Assembly (NCBI GenBank): GCA_002269645.1
Contig: NIVC01000151.1
Span: forward strand, 434,001 to 498,000
Reading direction: 5' to 3'
DNA: 64,000 bases
Source of the DNA: Macrostomum lignano
Lineage: Eukaryota
Position 1 is the stretch's first letter. Each line of letters starts with the position of its first letter. The notes beneath the pieces are model-generated. The model saw only the letters and a program-made list of their open reading frames with translations. It was not told where the DNA came from and did no database searches. This document shows positions 1-10,656 of the stretch, piece by piece. A program made the translations under genes and the position numbers.

Positions 1-632
1 GTCATGTAGGACAGGGTGGTCTCTGGCAAGCCGATCTTCCTCTGAATGAGTTTGCCCTGCAGACTAATCTCTTCCACCACCTCACCCGGCGGCATGAAGA
101 ACTTCTGATTGGGTATCTCCTGGTAGTCAAACACCATGGGGATCCCGATCATGTCATCAAACTCCATCTTCTCGTTCAAGTACGACTGCCAAATGTGCTG
201 CAAGATGGCGTGCTCGCGTCTCAGCAGCCTGCGGGAGTAACTGCAAAACTTGGGCAGCAGCGCCTCGACCTTCATCACCATAGTAGTGGCCACATCCCAA
301 GGCCGCGCCTTCTCGTGCACGGGATTCGGTTTCTTCACGACTCGAGTATACTTTGAGAGCACCGTCTCAAAGGTCGGATGGGACGCAAAGCGATGCGAAT
401 CGATGAAATCCTGTTGCTTGGGGTCGAACCTGGCGGTGACCTCGAGAAAGAGCGTCCTGTCGCTCAGGTAGGTGAATACGTAGCTGTCAAGGCCGCCCGA
501 GGCGGTTCCGGCGTACCGGGTGCACAGCTCCCGGCTATTCATCTCCATCATCACGTCCGTGCAACGCTCCGTGAGCTGTACGAAGAACCGCAGCCGCTCC
601 CGCTTCAGCTTCTGACTTTCTTCAGAGTCCAT
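1..632 (-). CDS. Hypothetical host protein, 5' part; ORF runs off the left edge of the window
   Basis: Manual reverse-strand translation from the ATG at 632, in perfect Kozak context GCCACCATGG, is open for 210 codons to base 1 (MDSEESQKLKRERLRFFVQLTERCTDV...KIGLPETTLSYM). It is absent from the ORF track because no stop lies in the window. No family recognised. Confidence 0.7.
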   Translation of the reverse strand, partial: MDSEESQKLKRERLRFFVQLTERCTDVMMEMNSRELCTRYAGTASGGLDSYVFTYLSDRTLFLEVTARFDPKQQDFIDSHRFASHPTFETVLSKYTRVVKKPNPVHEKARPWDVATTMVMKVEALLPKFCSYSRRLLRREHAILQHIWQSYLNEKMEFDDMIGIPMVFDYQEIPNQKFFMPPGEVVEEISLQGKLIQRKIGLPETTLSYM

Positions 633-1065
633 GGTGGCCAATTCGCTCGCTCGGTGGGTGCAAAGCGAAGGAAAGAGCGAAGATTGCTGCTTCTCTGAGC
701 AAAATGGAGGGCGCGCTGATAAGCTTCTGCTCAGCAGGGACAATTCGATGAAAGCAAATAGACCCTGAGGCTTGGGCCATAGACTGACTGTTGTCTCCCG
801 TGCAGCACCGAGATGGGCCAGAGATTTCCAGCTTATTGTACTTATTGTTACTACATAATTAGAAGATACAGCATACTGGCTTATGCTTTTAAATCTTCAG
901 AACCGATCTCGTACATGTAAACTGGTGAGATCGCCTGTAGAAATTGACTCTAGTTAGCGTTTCCCTGAAATTTCCGAAAATTGACAACTTGCTGATTACA
1001 TGTAAATATCATAGGGAATTGACGCATGAAATGCAGTACGAGCGTAGAAATCGGGCCAAACTGAG

Positions 1066-3261
1066 TCACACGGCATCGGGACAGTAGGGCAGAAAGCCAC
1101 AGCAGTTGGCGGCATCGCACAAGCATGGCAGGCGGCTCTCGCCAGCCGCTGGTGCCGATGCCTCCCCGTAGGAGATGGTCAGCTCCTCCCCGGGCCTGAT
1201 GCGCTTGCTGGCGAACAGAGCCAGGTAGGGGATGTCCGAGTCGATGCGAACCGGCACCACCGACAGGTTGGGCGAGCAGCTGTGGTTCAGCAGCCTGGCC
1301 GGATGGCCGGACTCGCTGGCGTCCACGATGGTCACCTGCTTCTTGACTGTTCGGGCCCTTTAAGTCAGCTGATCCGACTGATGGCCTTGAGTCAGCTGAT
1401 CCGACTGATGGCCTTGAGTCAGCTGATCCGACTGATGGCCTTGAGTCAGCTGATCCGACTGATGGTCTTGAGTCAGCTGATCCGACTGATGGCCTTGAGT
1501 CAGCTGATCCGACTGATGGCCTTGAGTCAGCTGATCCGACTGATGGTCTTGAGTCAGCTGATCCGACTGATGGCCTTGAGTCAGCTGATCCGACTGATGG
1601 TCTTGAGTCAGCTGATCCGACTGATGGCCTTGAGTCAGCTGATCCGACTGATGGTCTTGAGTTAGCTGATCCGACTGATGGCCTTGAGTTAGCTGATCCG
1701 ACTGATGGCCTTGAGTCAGCTGATCCGACTGATGGCCTTGAGTTAGCTGATCCGACTGATGGCCTTGAGTCAGCTGATCCGACTGATGGTCTTGAGTCAG
1801 CTGATCCGACTGATGGCCTTGAGTCAGCTGATCCGACTGATGGCCTTGAGTCAGCTGATCCGACTGATGGCCTTGAGTCAGCTGATCCGACTGATGGCCT
1901 TGAGTCAGCTGATCCGACTGATGGCCTTGAGTTAGCTGATCCGACTGATGGCCTTGAGTCAGCTGATCCGACTGATGGTCTTGAGTCAGCTGATCCGACT
2001 GATGGCCTTGAGTTAGCTGATCCGACTGATGGCCTTGAGTCAGCTGATCCGACTGATGGCCTTGAGTCAGCTGATCCGACTGATGGCCTTGAGTCAGCTG
2101 ATCCGACTGATGGCCTTGAGTCAGCTGATCCGACTGATGGCCTTGAGTCAGCTGATGACCTTGAGTTAGCTTGTCCGCAGATTCCTGCTCTCGCAGCACA
2201 AAAATGAAGTTGCCGCTGTCGGGGCCCCGGGCGGCCTCCCTGCGCAGCATCTCGGCCGAGCTGATGACCTCACCGGGGTAAACGCCGACGCAGTCACCGA
2301 GCTCCAGAACAACACGAGATCGCACTCCCCGTCCGGCTGGAGTGCCAGTGTTGAACACTTCCAGCAGGTCATCGGGCCGACGGCGCAGCTGCCGACCGAC
2401 CGTGCGGTTGCAACAGGCGTGCGCCGCGTCCATGCAGGCGCAGCTGGCGCCGCACTCGCGCACTCGGGGCAGCGGCAGCCGGCTGCGGGTTTCAGCAAAT
2501 CCTGAACTACATGTACATGTACAAACTATTTTCACTCGCTCGCTGACTGGCTGCTGTTTATGTCATGTCTGCTGATTGGTCTGTGTGAACGAGGCCATGT
2601 TCAATACAAAATCACAATACACAGTCTGAATGGCGAATGGGGTAACAGTCGCTCTACTGTGGTCCGAATCACAGGTCTAATCTGGGATCAAACTAATATT
2701 GAGCGGTAACGCGCACAATGCGTCTATGCGTGCTCCCTCAACGGATTCTCGGTCTCCAATAGAGTTTACTAAAGCTTTTAGCCCGAGAAACTTGTGACTC
2801 AACCTACGAATAAATGCACAATTCAAAGCCCCTGTCAGTTTAGTGCAGAAGTGAAAATTTCTATCCCATATCGCCAGTGTTTTTTCAGTCAAAGCCGGCC
2901 GGCCCAAATGTATGCAACGCCTTCTACTTTATTTTCCAATTTCCAATTTCAAATGTAAAAGTCCGCACCTGTCCCCGCCGCCCAGGTAGGCCTGCCGAAG
3001 GCGTCCCGAGCTGCCGCAGTACCAGGCCGGGGCCGAGCCACAAGCGCTCAGGCAGGCGCAGTCGGCGCTGGAGCAGCAGGACGAGGACGGATCGTTGCTA
3101 GGCAACGGGCGGCACTGGCAGCTGACAGCGGGTCGGGCAAACCGGCTCCAGTCAGTAGTCGGCCCATAGACTATCGGGCAGTCGTCCAGGGAGTCGGAGT
3201 CGCTGCCGGCGTCCTGGAAGTAATTTACATAGCAACCCTCTGTTCGAGCGCCAGCATACAT
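1066..3261 (-). CDS. Pre-SET/SET/post-SET histone-lysine methyltransferase (SETMAR/SUV39-like SET domain, no mariner part), 3 exons
   Basis: Exons ~3261-2969, ~2482-2160, ~1346-1066 with GT-AG junctions; the exon 2/3 junction is less certain. Cys-rich pre-SET (CQC...CC..DCAC; RECGASCAC...CCNR), SET motifs GRGVRS, GVYPGEVI, ARLLNHSCSPN, ELTISYG, and post-SET CLCDAANC. Confidence 0.85.
1362..2165. repeat. 27-bp minisatellite (TTGAGTCAGCTGATCCGACTGATGGCC)n, ~29 copies, filling intron 2 of the SET gene
   Basis: Direct tandem repetition; explains the QGHQSDQLT and LSQLIRLMA pseudo-ORFs. Confidence 0.95.
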
Positions 3262-3463
3262 GTAGCGACACAGGGTTCCAACATCAAACTATCCATATTA
3301 GCATAGCAACCACCATCACAGTACAGCAATTTTTAACTTCAGCATAAAATCCCACGGATACAACATAGCAACCACTGATTCCAGCATAGCAACCAATGAT
3401 TTTAGGAAAAAACCCATTGATTCTAGTATAGCAACCACTTCCAATTGCAGCAATGCCGGGGTG

Positions 3464-3817
3464 AGTAGTATGTAAAAAGACGAGTACAGACCCAGAACCC
3501 CCTTTTTAAAATATGCGTTTTTAAGGTCTAGAGGGGGGACACGGGGGGAAATTTAAAGAACACATCTAAACACCCTCCAACACCCTCCAACACATAAAAA
3601 CACATCTAACACATAAAAACACATCTAACACTATTAACACTTCGAATCAAGTCCCCCGTGTCCCCCCTCTCTAGACCTTAAAACGCATATTTAAATAATG
3701 TCTGATCTGTGCTCGTCTTTTTACATACTACTACACACACAAACTCTCTAGAACCCGTCGCACGCGCCGCAGGCGCGAAGGGTCTTTTTCTGTTACTAAA
3801 AATGAGCCGAGTTTACA
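3464..3817 (+). repeat. Left terminal inverted repeat of the Polinton
   Basis: Reverse complement of 20055-20408; in the stretches compared I saw one substitution (AATAATGTCTG vs AATAAGGTCTG). Confidence 0.97.
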
Positions 3818-4087
3818 TGAATTTCACATGATACATGCTAACGAATATAAAAAATCATGTGCTGTTTTACACAAAATGCACCGAGGACAGAGAATAAAAG
3901 CGTCTATTGTGCTACAGCGGGGCAGGCCATTTTTGGATAGAGAATCTTTTGTGTTTGCGCCATCTATATTTTCTATACAAAAAAAGAGTAAAAAAGAGCT
4001 ACAAAATAAAACCGCTCGAGATGCTTGCACACTACCCATTCTTTAGTGTCTGCAACTTAATTTTTCTGTTACTAAAAATAGACAAAA

Positions 4088-5494
4088 ATGACACACGTTA
4101 CACATATGCAAAATATGAATGAATTGCAGGTAGGAGACCCAGTTGAATACCGAGGTGAGGGTCTTTTTGATGTGGTTGGAACAGCAGCAAACTTCGTTAA
4201 AGATAATATGGGTCTTATAGGCCAAGCAGGCTCTGCAGCAGGTTCTATAACAAACGCTGTAAAGGGTGGAATTGAAGCAGCGAGGGCAGTAGAAGAACTA
4301 AAGAAATTGAGAGAATTTAACGACACCCTCTCGCAAATAAAAGCAATAAAAGATTTGAAACTAGCGCAGGAAGCAATTCAAGCCGCACAACCAACAGAAA
4401 CCCCCACGAAAAGCACGCCAATAAGTAATAAAGATATTCAGGATTTTAATAAAATGTTAACCACAATTAAAGGCGGAAAAGGATTAAAAAAATTTAACAA
4501 TATAAAAATGGACACGGATAATGAACGGCTACATTTTATAGGAGAAATTGTAGATACTTTAAATCTAGATGATAATAAACATAGCCACGCAATGTTAAAA
4601 AGATTGGATCGGTTAGGTAAAAAACTTGACTACGACATCGATACATTTAAACTTGCTGCAAAATATGCACAAGAAGGAAGGCCAATATCCTTTAAGAATC
4701 ATGGTAGAAATTATAGGCTGACAGACTCAGATGTAAAATTTTTATTGGAGACTCACACTAAAAAGGACGGCGGGTTGTTACCCATTTTACCAATTCTTTT
4801 AGGCCTCGGAGCAGCCGGAGCAGCCGGTTTAGCAGGCAAAAGAATTCATGATAACCGAAAACAGTTAGCAGAATTAAAAGCAAAACAGGGGGGCATACTT
4901 CCACTTGCAACTTTGTTACCAATAATTTTTGCAGGAATAGGAGCAGCTGGAGGAGTTGCTGGTGGAGCAGCTGGAATTGCAAAAGCAGTAAATGACAAAA
5001 AAGCTGCGGATGAAAAAGCCAAAAGAGAGGCCGAATTTCAAAGACAGCAAATAACACAGGATGCTCAATTCAAACAGAAACTCATTGACACCATTAATAG
5101 TAGTTCAGCAACAGCAGAGCAAAAAAGAAATTCAGAAGCTAGGTTAGTAGCCGGAAAAGGTTTAATTTTACAAGGCACAAATCACGGCGATGGTTTGGTA
5201 CTAAAAGGAACAACCCAAGGAAGTGGAGTTGTCGCAGATAAACTACAGGAATTTGGTCAAACTTTAGAAAAAACGGGTGAGAAAGCTAAAGGATTTTTTG
5301 ATAATATTGGAGCTAATTTTAGGCCGGCAGTTCAGAAGATTTTTACTAAGTTAGGAAAAGATTTTAACATAATTGAAAAACACGACGGAAGCGGATTATA
5401 TCTCGAAATGAGACCAAAAGCAGGTTCAGGAATTTTCTTAAATTCAAACGTTATGGGCAATGGACTACTGTTACCAAAAGCAGATCTCGAATAG
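4088..5494 (+). CDS. Polinton virion core/membrane-active protein with adenovirus pX-like hydrophobic segments (GasderminX-like class)
   Basis: 468 aa. Segments GGLLPILPILLGLGAAGAAG and GGILPLATLLPIIFAGIGAAGGVAGGAAGIAKAV resemble the adenovirus pX C-terminus (GGxLPxLIPIIAAAIGA). Repeated GxG[LIV]xL motifs. Confidence 0.6.
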   Translation: MTHVTHMQNMNELQVGDPVEYRGEGLFDVVGTAANFVKDNMGLIGQAGSAAGSITNAVKGGIEAARAVEELKKLREFNDTLSQIKAIKDLKLAQEAIQAAQPTETPTKSTPISNKDIQDFNKMLTTIKGGKGLKKFNNIKMDTDNERLHFIGEIVDTLNLDDNKHSHAMLKRLDRLGKKLDYDIDTFKLAAKYAQEGRPISFKNHGRNYRLTDSDVKFLLETHTKKDGGLLPILPILLGLGAAGAAGLAGKRIHDNRKQLAELKAKQGGILPLATLLPIIFAGIGAAGGVAGGAAGIAKAVNDKKAADEKAKREAEFQRQQITQDAQFKQKLIDTINSSSATAEQKRNSEARLVAGKGLILQGTNHGDGLVLKGTTQGSGVVADKLQEFGQTLEKTGEKAKGFFDNIGANFRPAVQKIFTKLGKDFNIIEKHDGSGLYLEMRPKAGSGIFLNSNVMGNGLLLPKADLE

Positions 5495-5578
5495 GCTCCT
5501 GGGGGGAGGGTCTGGACGCCAAAAACGCAAAATTAAAAAATCAATAATTCAAACATTATATAAATTTTATTTTATAAA

Positions 5579-8500
5579 ATGGAATCTAATTTAGCTCAAA
5601 TCGACAAACCTAATATAAGAGCCGAAATGGAAGCACAAATTAGAGCAGAAATAGAAGCACAAATTAGAGCAGAAATAGAAGCAGAAATTAGAGCAAAATA
5701 TGAAAAACGTTTAGAAAGACAATTAAATGATATTGACAACCCCCAACCACAAAGACAAAATGGAGCTGAAGTAATAGATATAGATATAGATATAAATACA
5801 AATTATAAAGAATATTTTAAACAAATGAAAGATAAATTAAAGACCATATTAAACAATTATACTATAAGGCCAAATAACAAACGACAGCCAATTAAGTATA
5901 AAATAGAAGTTGAAACGGAATTTAAAAAACCAAATATACTTAATGCAAATTCAGAAATTGAAGTAATAAATAACTTTTCACAAGAATCATATAAAACATT
6001 ACTATCAATGAGAAATTACGACAATCAATTTAATCAAATAGAAGCTGAGTTTGATGAATGGATAGATAAGATGACAGAAAACGGATCTGGGTTTATATTT
6101 GTATCTTGTAATTCAGCAACAGTAAAGATTGTTCCTATTGAAATTCTTAAAGGGCGATCACATATGAATCCAGGATTTAAATCACACATGATCATAAATC
6201 CAGACAATAGTGATAATAAATGTTTATTATGGTGTTTATTAATTCATAAATATCACAATCAAGTAGAATCACACACTAATAAAATATATAATTATAGACA
6301 ATATGAAAATGAAATAATAATGGAAAACATATCATACCCAGTAGCCATAGATGATATATATAAGATTGAAAAAATGAATGGGTTAAATATTAATGTGTTT
6401 ACAATTGAACAGCCAGAAGAAGAAAATCCAACCGATCGGACTCCGTCCGCGACCCATCAGGTCGATAAAGATTGGTATAAGAAAAACTGTTATTTAGTAA
6501 AGCCAGCAACTGATATAACAGCACCCGATCAAATCGATCTTTTGTACATACAGAATGAAAATGAAACACATTATATCTACATAAAGGACATTAGTTCATT
6601 TTTAGAAGTAAATAAAAATAGAATGCTATTATGTAGAAACTGTTTCACATTTAAAAAGAATGAAACAGCTCTTAAAAATCATCAACGATTTTGCTTAGAT
6701 CATAAATTTACTAATGTTGTAATGCCAGATTATGAAGATGCAACCCTAAAGTTCCAACAACATTATATGGCAATTAAAAAACCAATAGTAATATATGCTG
6801 ATTTTGAAGCAACAAATGTTCCCTTAAAAGAATCACAGACAGTATCTGATGGCGAATGCACAAAAAATTAGCACAACAGTTTCCGAATAGTTATTGTATA
6901 TATGTTCATTCTGTAGCAGATCATATATTTAAATCAAGGATGATTACTTACCACGGTAAAGACGCAGCAAAACGCATGGCAGAATCATTACTAAATGCAT
7001 TTGAAGTTATACAAAATCAATATGATAAATTATCAAAAAATATTATTATGACAGATAAGGATAGAGACAATTATAAAAATGCAACAAATTGTTTTATGTG
7101 CAAAAGGTATTTAAGTAAGAATAATAAAATACGAGAACATTGTCATCTAACGGGAAAATATCGTGGGGCAGCATGTAGATCATGTAACGCAAAAGAAGGA
7201 AAAGGCTGTAAGGAAATACCAGTATTTTTTCATAATGGTTCCGGATATGATTTTCATTTCTTAGTTCGAGAATTGCTACATTTAGGAAAGGATGAATATG
7301 AAGTAAATATATTACCTAAAACATCAGAAAATTACATATCAATAACATATGGTAAGAAATACTCCCATCTAGTTTTTCTAGACTCCTTGAGATTCTTATC
7401 AACCTCCCTAGCGAATGTTGTTTCATCATTAGTTCCAAAACCATGGGATTTAGAAATAGTAAAGAAAAACTTTCCAATACTATTGAATCGTTTCAAAAAA
7501 GAAAAACTATCCGAGGAAGAACTAATGCTATCAACTCGTAAGGGCATCTATCCATATGAATATGTAACATCTGAAAACGTATTTAGTGATACTCAACTAC
7601 CCTCAATTGATAAGTTTTATTCAACATTATCACAAACAAACATAAGTGAATCGGATTATGAACACGCTCAAAAAGTATGGAAATACTTTAATTGTAAAAC
7701 ATTTAAAGATTATCATAATCTATATCTTGAAGCAGATGTTCTCCTATTAGCTGATGCATTTGAAAACTTTAGGAATCATACATATGAGAACTTCAAAATT
7801 GATCCCGCATATTGTTTTAGTGCACCAGGTTTAACATGGGCATGCGGTTTGAAACATACAGATGTTGAGATTGATTTACTAACTGATCATGATATGTTGT
7901 TAATGATTGAGAGAGGAATTCGCGGCGGATTCTCGGGGGTACTAGGAGATAGATATACTAAAGTAAATAATAAATATCTACCAAATTATAATAAAAAAGA
8001 AAAATCATCATATGTATTATATCTAGATGCAAACAATTTATATGGCGGTTGTATGAAACAAAAATTACCAATAGCTGATTTTCAATGGGAAGACGATCCC
8101 GATTATTACAAAAACATTCCCGAAGGAAGGGGCTGTATTGTAGAAGTGGATTTGCAATATACTCGAGAAGCAAAAGCAAAAACATATAAATATCCTTTAG
8201 CTCCAGAGCATTGTTCAGTTAATGAAGATGATTTATCACAAACACAAAAAGATTATCTTAAAGCAGATAATGCAAAACATCTAGCAACAAAAAAGTTAAT
8301 ACTAAATTTACATGATAAGAAAAACTATGTAGTGCATTATAAGCTTCTACAATTTTATGAAAAGCAGGGATTAAAAGTGTCTAAAGTACATCGAACAATA
8401 TCGTTTATTGAGGAAGATTGGTTAGCTAAATATATTGATTTTAATTCAAATCAGAGACAGACGTCAAAAACAAATTTTGAGAAAGATTATTGGAAATTAA

Positions 8501-9324
8501 TGAATAATGCTTTTTATGGAAAAACGGTTGAAAATATTAGAGATAGAACCCAATTCCATTTAGAAAAGGATATTGATAAATCAAAGAAATATTTCTCAAA
8601 ACCTAACTTTAAAGATTTTATAAAATTTGATGATAACTTTATGGGTATTTATATGAGAAATAAAACAACAAAATTTCTTAAACCAATATTTATTGGAATG
8701 GTAGTTTTGGATTTTGCAAAGCTAGTAATGTATGAATATTATTATGATGTTATAAATAAAACATGGCCAGATAACTATCCAATATATGCAGACACTGACA
8801 GTTTGGTATTTAAGGTTGAAACACCAGACGTCTATAAAGATATGGAAAAAATTAAGGATACATTGGATACCTCCGACTATCCGGATAACCATCCCTTAAA
8901 ATCGAATCAAAATAAAAAAGTTGTACTTAAAATGAAAGATGAATTAAATAGCAAAATCATAACCGAGTTTATAGCAATAAGATCAAAATGCTATGCATTT
9001 AAAGTTTTAGGACAGGAGGGAGAGGTAAAAAAAATAAAAGGGGTATCAAGGGCAGCAGTTAAAAAGATAACATTTGATGATTATAAAAACGTACTTTTAG
9101 ATTATCTTAATACAATCGAAAATTATCATGCTCCACAATATCGATTAAATTCAGATAAGCATAAGATGTTTGTCATCGAGACAGATAAAAAAACATTAAG
9201 TCCATTTGATGATAAAAGGTATTTAGATGATAAAATTAAAACATTTCCATTTGGTTTAAAAGAAGAGATAAAAAATATGATAAAAGATAAAAAAACAAAA
9301 AGAAGATATTATAATCAATTATAA
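5579..9324 (+). CDS. polB: Protein-primed family B DNA polymerase (pPolB), split by one frameshift at ~6862-6868
   Basis: ORF 5579-6871 (KGRSH..NPDNSDNKCLLWC, ExoI IYADFEA) plus ORF 6856-9324 (endonuclease-VII-like C..C...EHCHLTGKYRGAAC..CN, FFHNGSGYDFH, RKGIYPYEY, YLDANNLYG, KLMNNAFYGKT, YADTDS). One extra A in the A6 run joins them as ...ECTKKLAQQFPNSY. Confidence 0.95.
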
Positions 9325-9510
9325 AGAATACAAAGAAGCAATAAATAATTATTATTACGATTGTGATTGCGAATCCGAATGTGAATGTGAATATAATACA
9401 TTTCTAGAATATAAAAACGACATAGAAAATTATTATGCAACATTTCCAAAAGAACTTAAAAAATTAAATAAGGAAAAGTCTTGGATAACTGGAAGAGATT
9501 AACAGAAAAA

Positions 9511-9852
9511 TTACTTGAAAAAAACTAAAGCATGTAATTGTTTAAGCATAATATCCATTTCGATTTCGTATTTTATAGAACACCAATTATCCTCGCAGTC
9601 GGCAGGGTAACTTAAACATTCTTTTATTTTTTTCCTAAGTATTTTTATTTTCCTAACAAGTCGATCGATTTCAATTTCAATTACTGTTTCAGCATAAGCA
9701 ATTGCGCTTTTGATAAAACGCTTTCTTTTATCCATCTCATATCGGATAGGAAACATATCATCCCCATAGTCACTATAAAACATAGTATTTATTTTTTTAT
9801 TAATATCATTAAGTTCACGCTCTTTAGTGATAAGGATCATCTGTATCTCCAT
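9511..9852 (-). CDS. Polinton hypothetical protein (113 aa)
   Basis: Intact ORF with the element-typical AAAATG start; no recognised domain. Confidence 0.6.
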   Translation of the reverse strand: MEIQMILITKERELNDINKKINTMFYSDYGDDMFPIRYEMDKRKRFIKSAIAYAETVIEIEIDRLVRKIKILRKKIKECLSYPADCEDNWCSIKYEIEMDIMLKQLHALVFFK

Positions 9853-9868
9853 TTTCTTATAAAAAAAT

Positions 9869-10204
9869 TTAGTCTTCGTCTTTATCTTCCTCCCAAACGG
9901 AAGCCAATTTTACAGTCCTGTCACTCTTTTTATTTTTTGTTTGTTTTAGTTTAAATTGCAATCCATTAGCCGGATTATATTTCATAATGAACGCTTTCGG
10001 TTTATTAATAACTAAAACTGGAAAATTTTTAACATCATTACCACTTAGACATAGGACTGTATGCCCATCCAATTGTAAAAATATCGATTGAAGTCCAATA
10101 AATTTAACCTGTCTCAAACATATAATATTATATTCTTTATTCTCCAACATATTGGGGGTGACATAATTAATCACATTAGAATCAGTTTTGAACCAACTTT
10201 CCAT
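9869..10204 (-). CDS. Polinton hypothetical protein (111 aa)
   Basis: Intact ORF with TAAAAATG start, tandem with the previous ORF. Confidence 0.6.
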   Translation of the reverse strand: MESWFKTDSNVINYVTPNMLENKEYNIICLRQVKFIGLQSIFLQLDGHTVLCLSGNDVKNFPVLVINKPKAFIMKYNPANGLQFKLKQTKNKKSDRTVKLASVWEEDKDED

Positions 10205-10230
10205 TTTTAATCTAAAAAAATAACAAAAAA

Positions 10231-10656
10231 ATGAAAGACATTTATGAATGTAAAAAGTGTAACGTGACTATGCATAGAGCTCAAACAGCAAACGGAGATA
10301 TATATCATATGTGCTATTCATGTTCTAAAATATATCAATTTGAAAAAACAAAAAAGATTGAAAACTCATATTACTATTTTAAAAACACAATTTTAAGAAA
10401 TCTTACAAGGGACATTTCTCATCCAATTTTAATTCCCGGAAATAATGTTTATTTATATAACAACTTTTTCAGTTTAAATAAAGGAAAGGGATTAAGTTCG
10501 AAAGACTCCGAAAGGATTTTAATTTTAGTTGGATATTATTTTAACTTTCTTATTCGAGAGAATACAAAGTTTATCAGGATAGGTAACATACCTAACGAAA
10601 TGTTACTGAAAAAGTCATTGGAATTTTTATGTATTGATAAAATCATAGCCAGCTGA
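10231..10656 (+). CDS. Polinton hypothetical protein with N-terminal zinc ribbon
   Basis: 141 aa; CKKC...CYSC motif; AAAAAATG start. Confidence 0.6.
   Translation: MKDIYECKKCNVTMHRAQTANGDIYHMCYSCSKIYQFEKTKKIENSYYYFKNTILRNLTRDISHPILIPGNNVYLYNNFFSLNKGKGLSSKDSERILILVGYYFNFLIRENTKFIRIGNIPNEMLLKKSLEFLCIDKIIAS

Noticed and set aside
378-698. Plus-strand ORFs 250-471 and 378-698
   Set aside because: Antisense shadows of the longer open minus-strand ORF with the strong Kozak start.
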